Assembly (NCBI RefSeq): GCF_006345805.1 | Contig: NC_043001.1 | Location: 119,350,001-119,414,000, forward strand | Direction of reading: 5' to 3' | DNA length: 64,000 bases | Source of the DNA: Octopus sinensis | Lineage: Eukaryota | Shown: positions 40,490 through 53,525 of the stretch, one piece after another | Layout of the letters: every line of letters begins with the position of its first letter | Numbering within the stretch: the first letter of the stretch is position 1 | Translations under genes and position numbers: made by a program | The notes under the pieces: model-generated | What the model saw: only the letters and a program-made list of their open reading frames with translations | What the model was told of the DNA's origin: nothing | Databases searched by the model: none

Positions 40490-40700
40490 GTGTCTTTGTG
40501 CTTGTGCCCCACCATCACTCGCCACCGCTTGACAACCATTGTTAGTGTTTCCGCATCCCTGTAACTTAAAGGTTCGAAAGAATTGATAGATGGAGTGAGT
40601 ACTAGACTTCAAAAAATAAGTCTTGAGATCGATTTGTTCGAATAAAAGTCCTTCAATGTGGTACCCGAGCATAACCGCAGGCGAATGACTGAAACAATGG
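40490..40700 (+). mobile_element. SINE family B 3' half, diverged
   Basis: cgcttgacaacc...gtaactta...gaatgactgaaacaa. Confidence 0.75.
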
Positions 40701-40963
40701 GAGATGCAAGGGGAATTAAAAGATGAAGGAGCTTTCATTCACAGTTAATGTTATTAAGTTAACATTCAAAGAAAGAAACAAAAAAATAAAAGACTAATGT
40801 CTCGGACATAGTCTTCCTTCGAATACTAGAGAAATGTCTTCAAGAGACTGGAAAGAAAAGGAAGAGAAGAAAGAAGATAATAAAGGAAGTGGGCCAGGAA
40901 ATACCGCGCACGTGGGTTGTGTTCACATGCTTCATCTCTCTCTCTCTCTCTCTCTTCTCTCTG

Positions 40964-41013
<50 letters not shown>

Positions 41014-41014
41014 C

Positions 41015-41052
<38 letters not shown>

Positions 41053-42361
41053 TGAGAGAGTGAATGAGGGGGAGAGAGAATGAGCCCCGTAAGCTGAAAT
41101 ACAAATAACTTGTCAAATGTAGTTTCTCTCCTGCAGATGCAATTATACAGTTGAAACGGCTAAATTAGATTTGCAGAGCGTACATTAAACAGTTTCAGCA
41201 TCAGCGCAACCGCTTGTTCGACATTACGCCAGCGAAATGCTGGAAAAAAAAGTAGAAAAATTACATGGGGAAGTCTGAACAGACGATCAATGATATGAAA
41301 TGGCTCAGGGTACCGCGATGTGTCTTAGATGCAATTTTACGATGTACGTCACTTTACAACAAAGAAGATTCATATTCAACCTGCCTCCCATTTGTCTGGT
41401 TTTCCTTCAGAAGACGTTTCTCGAAAACTCATTTCGTACATGTGATAATATGGAGACAACTTTTGATGTTTTATATGAGATCCGAGGCAAAGCGTTGAGG
41501 AAAATAGTTCGTTTCCCACGGGAAGCCATCAACTTTCCTTGGCTACAAAAGTTTTTTAGCACATTATGTACACGCTATTATTTATAGCTTTATGTGCTTT
41601 GAGATTCACTGTTCCCAAACAAATCAAGTATAGACTCTCAGAGAAAACTATTTGTTTGAAACTGCATTCACAGGATTTGCAATAACAGTCTTCAAACACG
41701 GACTCATTTGCACACGCACACACACACACACTCATATACGTAGACATCTACACACGTACATGTGTGTAATCCCACAGACTGGCACAAATATTAGCTTCCA
41801 CCTTAACCTCCTAACAAAAACATTAATTTTCTCCTAAGCATTGAACCGTAATTTTCTTCAAAATTAATCCTTAATTCGAAATCATCTCCACTTTAACGTG
41901 CCTCTATGTTCATTGTTTTGTCAGAGGGTAAATGACTGTGTACGCTTATGTATAGTAACCTTAATTCTGAAATAGACCTGCAAAGTCATTCTGTGATAAA
42001 ACATTTTGAATTAAAGGCAGGGCCATCTGATATATTTCAATAAAGATTTTGTCTACCCAATTTCTTTTACACTGAGTTTGCCTCAAGATTGTGGGAGAAG
42101 AAACTTCCTTTGCAGAAAGAGCGAACACCGAACCTTATTACAGCGATGGGAATATGTATATACGCGCGCACACATATTTAGGGAGACAGATATAATTTTG
42201 TGTGTGCGTGTGTGTGTGTGTGTGTGTGTGCATGTATATGAGTGTGTCTGCGCATTTTGTGCATAAACAGTTTGTCACACAAATAAAATAGGCTGTAAAT
42301 GTCAAGATGCTATTTACATTGAAATATCATTGGTTTTATTGATTAGACATATAAATGGATG

Positions 42362-42413
<52 letters not shown>

Positions 42414-42558
42414 TGAAAAGATTGATGGGTCTACCTCTATCGTCATCACTACCATATTTCACTACCATCTTTCTCTTCCAACACCAGCTCCCTACCACCA
42501 CTTTTCTTACTTCTCAATACAGCCACTTTACATCCACTCAAAAACCGCTGCCATTCAA

Positions 42559-42627
<69 letters not shown>

Positions 42628-42632
<5 letters not shown>

Positions 42633-42844
42633 TATTCAGACAAATACATAACAAAAACACCAGGACTTACAAACACATATAGCATACAGAAAATTGCACT
42701 ACTAGGCACTGCACACATCCTACGCAGAACACTTTCCATACAATAACCATCAGAGCATCACAACAAATCACAGCACATACCCAAGGCACACAGAGCTGCG
42801 CTCGGTAGTGAAGTGAAAGCACGCTATAAAAAATAAAACTACTG
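42628..42844 (+). mobile_element. R4/Dong-like 3' end (heavily 5'-truncated) inserted in (AAT)n
   Basis: Near-identical to 23820-23996 and 24999-25137; encodes KIALLGTAHILRRTFSIQ-like terminus; (AAT)n on both sides. Confidence 0.93.
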
Positions 42845-44492
42845 AATAATAATAATAATAATAATAGATAAAAGCAAATAAAATTAAAACAAAGAATTAT
42901 GAGCACCATTGCCGTCATAAGCACCACCCCCACACTGTCCGTCCCCTTTATCATAGCCAGGGCACCTCTGCTACCGCCAATCTTACTACTATTGTCACTA
43001 CCAATCACTGCTACCACTACAATTGCTATCCACTCGAAACTACATCAATACGTCTACCACCGCCATTACTATCACCACCAACACAACTTCCCCATGACTA
43101 TTATCCAATCTAAGTACTACTAAAGCATCAACAAATCTTATTACTCAGTGTTTCTTGCTCTGAGCGAGCAACACTTCCTTCAGAGACAAAAAACGAAGTG
43201 AAGGGGCTTCTGGAATGGGAAACATAGGTCATATCATTCGCTTAGCTTTTGCCGAGTTTACAAGGGTGAGAAGCTGGTTGTTACTACGAGGCGTTTCTCT
43301 GTAGATATATAGAGAAAAATTACAGCAAAGTTCTTATTGCCGGCTACTTGTGTCTGGCGGTAGGAGCGAGTAGTAGGAGCGGTTGCAGTCTCCTATTCAA
43401 ATGGTCTTTTAGTAAGTATTAATTCAAACGCCTACTCATACACAAAGTTCGAAGATTTTGATGGACAATTTATTTGGTATGAATTGCGTGGCCCTTTACG
43501 TCTTTTACATTCAAACACATATACAAAGGAAAGGTCAGAGAATGCCTTTAAGATCTATTAATGTGAAGCGTGAGATGGCTAACGTCTTTAATATTTCTTA
43601 AATGGCAAGATCACAAAACGTTACAGTCTATTTCTCTCGGCAATCGACATTATCGATATTCTACATGGTTGCAAAGTGAGCTTCTTAACCACACAGCCAT
43701 ACACCTGTAAATATTATCCAATGTTTCATCATTACGATGATAGTATATGGTTACAGAGAGATTTGACTGTTGTTTCAATCAGGCCAAGCTAACACATAGA
43801 AGTTCTCTTATTGTAGTTGTTGTTAAGCAACAAGGCGGGTAAGGGTGATTAGGTGATGGTCTAGGGCTTAGGAGCGGGAGACCCCAGACCTTGGAAAAAA
43901 ATATAAAACTTTGGTCGCCTTGCTGTAGTCGAGGGGTCTTCGTTGACGCCCGACACCACTGGGAGGTGGCCCTCCAAGTCGCTGGAAATGGAGATCTCCG
44001 GGTCCAAATTCTTGAACGGCTCTCTTGAAGGCAGTAGTGGTTATAGTATTGTAGTACTCTTAGTGGTTGTGGCGGAAGTGGTGGTGGTGAGGAGCATGAT
44101 GTCATTGGTGTTGGTGAGAGTAAGGTTGCTGTTAAAGTAGAGATGGTGGTAGTGATGGTGGTTGTAGGATTCATGACTAATAGCAGTGACGTTGGTATTG
44201 GTGTCGGCGCTGATGACGCAGGTGGTGATGGTGTCGTTGTAGCAATGTTCTGGTGGAATGCAATAGAACTGTTGTTGTTATTGGTATTGTTGAACGATAG
44301 AGAAGTTAGTGATGAATGGTGTTAGTAATTGTGGTGGTGGTAGTGGTGGGGAAAGCAATGGTAGTTGTAATTGTGGTATCTGTCGTAGTGATGGTGTTGG
44401 TGTTAATAGTAATGATGGAGGAGATTTTGAGTGAGGAGGTGGTAGTCGTATTGGTTGTGATGGCGGTGAGGAACACGATGGAATATATAAGA

Positions 44493-44553
<61 letters not shown>

Positions 44554-45211
44554 ATGCATGTATATATGTGAGTGTATATACGTTTTCTGTATGAGTGTAA
44601 GTTTGTTTTATATATATATATATAAAGACATTTGTTGGAAAACGGAGATTGCATTCAGGCTAATTGTTTGTCAGGCCTGTTGCGCGTGTCAATGCTATGG
44701 AGATTGTCGCCAAGGGAATCATGACGACAAAGTTGATGGCAAGAACAACAACAAACAATGATGATGATGATTGTTGTTGGGATGGTGGGGGGGGGGTGAT
44801 AGTGGTGGCGGATGGTAGTGATGGTGGTGGTGGGGGGAACAATGAAGAACGCGCTAGGGTTGTCATGAAGACAAGACGAAAAGCAACATTGATTTTGCTA
44901 CTTTAATATATATTTGGATGTATATTTTGTATTGAAATACAAAACGAGGAAAAAAAGGGACCGATATGGAGATAGAGAGAAAGAAAGGAAAGAAGGAAGG
45001 AAGGAAAAGATTAGTCAGAAAATATGGCAAGACAGACAGCAGGAATGGTGGTACGGTATAAGGATAATGAATGTAAAGGGGCAAGTTGTTGTCATATGAA
45101 CGTGATGGATAAAGATTAAGATCAGAAGATTGTTTACGTTGAAATGTGATTAGATTTTTCCTGGATAGTTTGGATACAGATGTTTAATACGTATACATAC
45201 ACGTACACACA

Positions 45212-45255
<44 letters not shown>

Positions 45256-45294
45256 ATAATAATGATAATAATTTCACAGTATGCAATGTTTTAC

Positions 45295-45412
45295 CAAACA
45301 CAAAGCTTTGGTCGGCCTGAGGCTATAAAAGAAAACTTGCCCAAGGTGCAAGGACTGATCCTGGAATCATGTGGTTGGGAAGCAAGTTTCTTAACACACA
45401 GTCATGCCTGAG
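45295..45412 (-). mobile_element. SINE family B 5' half
   Basis: aagctttggtcggcctgaggctat...cttgcccaaggtgc...gtggttgggaagcaag. Confidence 0.85.
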
Positions 45413-45422
45413 CGCGCGCGCG

Positions 45423-45460
<38 letters not shown>

Positions 45461-45500
45461 AGTATATATAAGTATATATATAAGTATATATAAGTATATA

Positions 45501-45980
45501 TAACTGAGATTCAGTTGAATTAGGTTTTTAAGTTGAAGCACCAAGTCAGTCCGGTGTTATCCGCACAGCTCGAAGTAAGATGAAATCAAAATAAGCAACG
45601 GGATATCAAGTAGTGATACAGTACGACCGTTTCAAGCAGCTCCATTTAATCGAACAATGCAATCATTAAATCGATTTAAATGAAATGCCATCATCAGCTG
45701 CGCAAATAAATAAATAGAATTTTAACCAGTTGGACACATTAATGTAATTTTTCTCCAATACTTTAACGGACCAAGAAGATGGAAGAAATCCATGTTGTCG
45801 CTATTATATCTGAGAATAGACTACACTTCCAAGAATCGGATGAATCCCATTGGGGTCATAGCTTGTAAAGGATTGTGGTTCATTTCTAATTCAGTTATCT
45901 CTTTGTCAACTACTAAATCTAACATTAGAGAACTGTGTCTGCTTAGAATAAAGGACAAGAGTGGGTTGACAGCTGATGGC
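45501..45980 (-). mobile_element. Family 2 element: variant HHR (45616-45703) with possible decayed GIY-YIG C-terminus upstream (45821-45976)
   Basis: GCGCAG-CTGATGA-TGGC...GCTT-GAAAC-GGTC-GTA-CTGTAT; upstream frame ...RHSSLMLDLVV...LQAMTPMGFI; 3' end abuts (TA)n. Confidence 0.6.
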
Positions 45981-46292
45981 TAGGTGTGGTCATAAATATA
46001 GTCATATGTGTACCGTTTCCTCTGGAAGGAAAGAAGACATTAGGAGGAGCCAACTGGATATAGAGTAAATGTCTATAAAAGGAGGCTGGGTAAGGGAAGA
46101 GTCTAAATAATGATGTTAATTACCAGTTAAATACTCCAAGAAACGTAGGATGTTAATATGGAGGAGATTTTATCTTGGGGCACTATGTGCGATTGTTTAT
46201 AAACAATACTGATATGTTGTATGAAAATAAAATTTAAGATTTTCAAACATGATATCATAACCAAAATAGGTAAAATGTCTGTATATATCAAT

Positions 46293-46334
<42 letters not shown>

Positions 46335-46554
46335 CATACACATCCCGTTACCTCTTTCGATGTAAATTTATGTAATAGATACAGCGTATTGAATGCTTAT
46401 TAACCTAAAGTAGAGCTAACAGTAACATGGTAACGTAATCTAATACACTTATAAGACTATAAACGCGAAATACATTAGGAAGTTTAAATATTAATGTGAA
46501 GTATTATATACATAATATACTTTGTGTGTGTTTGCGTGCGTGGGTGTGTATACA

Positions 46555-46968
46555 TTCTTTTATTATTTTACTTGTTTAAGTTATTTCACTGTGGCTATGA
46601 TACAGCAGCACCTTAAAGGGGTTTCTAGTCGAGGAAATCGACCCCAGCTCTTTGTAAGCCTAGTACCTATTGTATCAGTCTCTCTAGCCGAAACGGTGAT
46701 GTCAAGGGGATATAAACACACCAACATCGGTTGTCAAGCGATAGTAGGGGGCAAACACAGAAACAGACACACACACACACACACACACATAAATATATAT
46801 ATATACGACAGGTTTCTTTCAGTTTCCGTCTACCAAACCCACTCACAAGGCCTTGGTTGGCCCATGGCTATAGTAGTAGGTACTTTCCTAAGGTGCCACG
46901 CAGTGGGACTGAACCTGGAACCATGTTGTTGGAAAGCAAGCTTCTTACCACACAACCAAGCCCGCGCC
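46555..46968 (-). mobile_element. SINE family B, full length
   Basis: Complete reverse-complement match from head (gcccgcgcct) to tail. Confidence 0.9.
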
Positions 46969-46972
46969 TAAA

Positions 46973-47512
<540 letters not shown>

Positions 47513-48964
47513 GTTATTTCTATCTTCCTAATGTTCTTAAACCCCGATTCAGTCGTGATGAAGCTTGCTTATATTCCAATCGGTTCCTACCATGACCAAT
47601 CCATTTTTTGTATATTTTCCATTTACTCTTGATGATGTGAATTGAGAGATCTGGCTGCTATATTTTAGCAATTTGAAGAACCACGCACCACAAGCTCTCT
47701 CATGTGTTACGTAGAATATTCATTTCGATGCACACCCAAACGTCAAACGGCTCTTATAAAAATCTCTTCTACCCAATCCCCGCTCACCGAAGATTTTGGT
47801 TACAAAATACGGTGAATATGTCTCCGATTTCCAGTGAATAGGTCTCCTTCTTATTAAGGATATATAGTCTGAAGAATTATGAACTTTTTCAGTCTGAGAT
47901 ATTCCTGATACATTACTCGAAGAGAACGCTTTGTGACTCACTAAGTAATTACTCATCATATACGTATATTTATGTATGCATATCGTTATTATTGTCCATC
48001 CGGGTACATGTATTATTGTTCATGTACCCGGATCATATTGTCCTATGACAGATAAAAAGCAACCCAGTTATTACCATTATGTTTTATAGCCACACATAAG
48101 ATCTTTTTATTAAGAAGATAGGGTGTGGCTTCAGGGACTATGGCTGCTATTTCTTGCAGGTCGAACATTCTTGTAGAGGCCCAGTAGTTGATTTAATTAC
48201 TGCATGTATACATAGATATGCGAAGTATGTGTTTGTGTGTATGTTTACCTTTTGTATATATGTGTGTACGTGTGAATGTACGCACATGATCCCTACAATA
48301 GCCTGTAACTTTGGTAAATTATTGAAGAAAGCCAGATTTGCTGGATCATTGTGAGATAGTTCACTGTTATGAATTTCCATCGAACCTATCAGTGCAAAAG
48401 AAATACGTAGATATAAAGACACAGTCTTTTTGACTTTGTTGGTGATAAAAGTGTCCAACTGAAATATATTTATCTACGCTCATTAAAAAAATTCGTGAAG
48501 GATGAGTTCTTTCAGTCGAGAAAGCAGAAATGTTTGAATTCGGATGCTTGTTTTGGTTACTAAAATTAGAGACACATGAAAACCGAAGTTCAAGTATATG
48601 CTTGTTCCTTGCAAATCACTAACAATTGGCAGGAAAAGAAATCGTTCGCTAGTGTGTTCATTGCATAAATACATCAGTAGTAATCGCTGATAAATTAGTG
48701 ATTTTGATGTAGTTGGCAGACGTTGCATGATTCCATGTTAAAAATCTGTGAGTGTTTTGAACATGTAATCTTCACTTCATTTGACTTAAACATGTGAAAT
48801 ATAGAGTCAGTCAAATTGGTGTAAGGAAATTTATGCTTCCTTGAAGTTGGAAGAAAATTAATTGACTAACCAAATCGTAACAGCGTTGCGGACTATATAA
48901 TTTTTTTTACTACGTTCATACTGTGTAGAAGTTGGTTCAAACGATTTATTCATCCTAGTATTGG

Positions 48965-49110
48965 CGGAGTAGGTAAGTCGATTCATCTACCCCAATGTTC
49001 AACTGGCATTTATTTTATCGACTCCGAAGTATAAAAAGCAAAGTCGACCGCGGCGGAATTTGAACCTAGAGCGTAAAGGCATGCTAATGATTCTCCCAGC
49101 TCGCCCCCTT
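48965..49110 (-). mobile_element. SINE family A with deletion
   Basis: gcaaagtcgaccgcggcggaatttgaac...cccagctcgccc. Confidence 0.85.
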
Positions 49111-50361
49111 CATTCGGTCTAGTATATCAACGTAATACATTTTATCAACCCTATGGGGGGAAAACAGTTTCGGAATATGGAGTTCGGATTCTGACGTGAT
49201 ATTTACACTGTAGCTCTACTATCACTGCTGACTCACCGAACTTAAAATTTCTAAAATATTGATTCCTTTCTAAGACACAAGGTTAATTGTTGATTGATCG
49301 ACTGCTACCAACAGCATTGACCTCAATATATTATTGATATTTATTTAATTGATTTCTCAACTAGAAGGCTACTAATTGTGGGATATGCGGGGGGTATCGA
49401 TTTAATCCCCCGCCTCTCTTAGAGTATGCAGAAGATATCTCACTGCAAGGATTTTAGTATGACACTGTACCACGTCTAATAACGTCACCATACATATTAC
49501 TGTTTTATCGATATCATTGATATATCTAAATCTGTTGCTGAAATGTATAACATCAGCCGTGATCGCAGCTAAAATTGATTGGAACTTTAAAAAATGAAAA
49601 AAAAACCAAAATAATAATAAATAAAAATAGAAAACGCTTATCTCTTCTTTTCATTCCAAAATGTTTCAAACAGCTGAAAGTTGTTGACCTGATTTGATTT
49701 AACTCAAGTAGCGTTCAAAGAAAGTCATTCTTTACGTTTATCAATATCCTCACAGTTAAACAAAGATTAAGACTACTTTAACAAAACAAAACGTAGCAGT
49801 CAGATAATATACCCAAATTATATGTTGGATGTTATTCAAAAATCAAGACAAACAGCTCAGTTTTTCTGAAGATGTCAACAAGTGCGATAGTATTTACATC
49901 TGTAAAGTATATATACTCATTTCAGTTTCTTAAATTTATGTTACGTATTTGTGAACAATAGCGTCGTTGGTTATAGATTGCTAATCACTGATTGCTAATC
50001 ACTTTTCTGGAGGTAAGAGTGCAAGACGTGTTTTGTCGATTCGGCTTCCCAAGATTCCTATCAAGTCGGCTGAGATGCTTCATGTGACAGTCTCTGGAAA
50101 TTTATTCCACATTGTGATAATCAAATACAGAGAGCATCTGTTCAGAGTGATATCTTGACACGAGAGGTCTCGCACGGCAATGATTGTACTAGTTCTTGTA
50201 AAACGGCGTCTTTCATACTACAGTGAGAATTTTACCACCGGTTTTGATGGGCAGTGGCCCGTGTACATTTTGTAAAGAAATGTTGTTCCAGCAGCTAATG
50301 TTTGTTATCTGTTGATAGCGAGCGGCATTGTTGCTATTCCAATATTATCTGACTATTATTA

Positions 50362-50542
50362 TTTAAAGCCCCGGGAAGACATCTCCTCCAGCTGGCTAAC
50401 GACACACACTGTGTCTGATTCGTATTTGCGAGGGGACGTCATTGCTTCCCTCTCCAGGCTCACCTGATACACACTGACCCGGGTTTCTGAGTAGTAACCC
50501 GTCATCAGTGTGTGATAATCACCAGCTAGCGATGAGAACTCA
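50362..50542 (-). mobile_element. Diverged family 1 copy with degenerate type I HHR (50465-50518)
   Basis: Alignable to 7500-7674; minus strand CACACA-CTGATGA-CGGG-TTACTA-CTCA-GAAAC-CCGG-GTC-AGTGTG. Confidence 0.8.
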
Positions 50543-50569
50543 TTCTAAACGCAAAATACTATATGCTTT

Positions 50570-50835
50570 AGGCGTGTGCTTTAGTGGTTAGGCGTATTCG
50601 GCTCACGATCGAAAGGTCATGGGTTCGATTCCCGGACCACGTTGTGTCCTTGAGCAAGACACTTTATTTTATGTTGCTCCAGTCCACTAAGCTAGTAAAA
50701 ATGAGTTGTATCTGTAATTCAAAGGGCCAATCTTGTCACATTCCTCGTCACGCTGAATCTCCTTGAGTACTACATAAAGGGAACGCGTGTCTGTGAAGTG
50801 CTCAACCACTTACACGTTAATTTCACAAGTAGACT
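50570..50835 (+). mobile_element. tRNA-derived SINE of a further family with CORE-like domain
   Basis: tttagtggttagg A box, gggttcgattccc B box, gttgtgtccttgagcaagacacttt core. Confidence 0.8.
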
Positions 50836-53065
50836 GTTCCAAAAGAAATGTGTGTGTGTGTGTATGTGTGTATGTATGTTTGTACTTAAACATATACATA
50901 TATGCATATACGCACATATATAAATATGTATACATATACTTATCTATGTAGTGAAAAAAACCTAGTTTTAGTTCAAAACTGAAATTAGAAAGTCGACAAC
51001 CATTTTGGACATTCATTTAACATGCTGGGTAATATTCAATTTTCGTCTGATGTTTAAGCGATGAACTAAAATATATAAACCTGTTTCTCTGAAAACATAT
51101 AGGAACAGTAAAATGAATAAGTAAACGAACGAATAAATAAACTGTATCGTTTGAATTCTTAATATAAAATAAAAGAAAAAGGGAAAACATCTGTTATACT
51201 TAACATGCCGGAGCAGTATTGCTGACACATTCAGTTCTTGTACTTAAACGAAGAACTGAATGATCTAGGAATGATCTAGTTCTTGTACTTAAACGAAGAA
51301 CTGAAAGATCTAGGAAACCTTCAGAAAAGCAGATATTTCTTAGAAACATCTATCGGTCGGTAATAAAGTTAATCGTATTTGGAATTATAATTAATTTCTC
51401 TGTTAGCTACAGCTAAATTAATTTGTCAATGGAAACAGTCCATTTTTATGATTTGATTTCGATTATTTATGAATTATCATAATGATTCATTATCCCGATT
51501 AATTAAAGAAGAGGAAAGAAAGAGGACGAAAAAGGTGTAGTTAGCTATAACAAGATCTTAGTGGTATCCTAGTTGGTATCCTAGCTTAATGCCTAGAATG
51601 TCATCTTTGTTTAATGCCAATATGATTGATATTAACAAAATTTTAATGAATAGATTTTGTAAATAAATATATTTTTAGTTTATCTGTATAGAAATTTTGA
51701 GGTAACGCCTAACTTTAATTAACTAAGGGACTTGTTCAGTAACCGAAATACTGCCACTTGTTAGTAATTTTTAATATTATCATTAACCCCCTAAATTTCA
51801 GAATAATCTATGACATGTTTACTCGTCAAAGTTGTAAACAACTCTATAGATTTCATACAAAAATTGATTACAAGCCCTTGAAATTTCTTTACAGCAACAA
51901 TAACAGATGGTTTCAAATATGTCATTTATTCTCTAATTTATTTATTCTTATATTTGTCGATTCCAATTTTTATTTATTTTAACATTCATTTAAGGGAAAA
52001 AAATACTAATTAGAAGAAAGAGAACTACGGCACAAATTACATACCTAAGGGTTTCAGGTACTTCAATAAATCAGTTATAATTACCTTAATTTAATTCTGT
52101 TTTTCCTTCTCACATAATTATTGAGTATTTAAAGACAGACTACTACTCAGTGAAAACCCCACTCCTGATTTCGCTAAAAGTACATTTTTTAGTATTTCCC
52201 CTCCTCTCTCTCTCTTTCTCTCTCATCTATCTCTCTCTCTTTCCCTCTCTTTCACACACCCCTTTCCCCTAAACCTCGAGGTTTTTTTTTTTTTTACATT
52301 TCTGCGCTATTTTTGCTCATAAATTCACTTCAAAAGCTTTGTGAATGATAACAATCTCTCCCACCTATTCATCACACAATCCATGAAACACACAATCGAT
52401 CACTCGATCAATCAATTAATCAATATTTTAACTTCCATAGCAAACACACTGCTGAACATGAGGTAAAAAAACATCAGTGATCCGCTAATTTGAAATGGTT
52501 TCGATTCGTAATTTAATTAGCTTAGGACAGTCATGTAACTACAGCCTTGTGCGTTTAGATAGACATGCAAGCGGAAAAAAACTCAACGTCTGTAGCAGGG
52601 TATTATTTATTTGTTCGAACTTGATGATTCATTCAGCTTCAACTCAGCGTATTTCTCTAAATGCGCTGCTTCAGACGACAAAACGATTTTTAATATAAAT
52701 TTTATAAGGTATTTAACAGCTTTAGTCTAGGACAGTAAAAGAAACCATCTACGTGACAGTACTCAGATCTCGTATACGTCTGGACAACAACTTTAACGAT
52801 TGCATGAAAGAGACCTCGATATTCTCAAACGTTAACTGTTAGCGTATAACTCTTGATTAGTTATAGCGTTAAGATAACTTCGTTTCATTCGCTTCATGAC
52901 TGGTGAGAGTGATCTGTTGTGACTGTAAAACTTATATAGATCTTAAATTGTCAGCAATAAGTGGCAGGGACTAATTTGCAAAATGGTCAAACGGGTGATG
53001 ATAGAGAGAGAAGAGCCTGTTCTTTTTTTAAGAGAACGTGTATATGCCTCATATAATTTACTGGG

Positions 53066-53237
53066 TGGGCGCAGGCGTGAGTGTACTTTTGAGAAGCTTG
53101 TTTCCAAACCATATAGTCTTAAGTTCAGTCCCACTGCGCGGCACCTTGGGTCTTGCACCATAATTCCGGGCTGACCAGAGCCGTATGAGTGGATTTGGTA
53201 GACGGAAACAGAAATAAGTCCGGTGTATATATGCATG

Positions 53238-53287
<50 letters not shown>

Positions 53288-53525
53288 TGTATGTCTGTAT
53301 GTGTGTGTGTTTAGGTTTACGTTTATCCTACCTCACTGCTTGACAACGGACATTGGGTTGTTTACGTCCCTGTATCTTAGTGATTCGACAAAAGGATCAA
53401 AATTAGCGCCAGACTTTAAGATGTAATTACTGGGGGGTTGTTTGTTTTGTTTTTTTTTATTCAATTAAACATTTCTCGGCTGTGTACCAGCATGGTCGTA
53501 TTCCAATGACTGAAACAATGAAACA
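53066..53525 (+). mobile_element. SINE family B, diverged full length
   Basis: gttcagtcccactgcgcggcaccttggg...ggatttggtagacggaaac...aatgactgaaacaa. Confidence 0.8.

Noticed and set aside
41139-41239. Exon candidates on both strands near 41.2 kb
   Set aside because: Good acceptors but weak donors or early stops; expected by chance in 64 kb.
43915-44000. HDV-like ribozyme
   Set aside because: No P1 partner strand and no J4/2 catalytic C segment.
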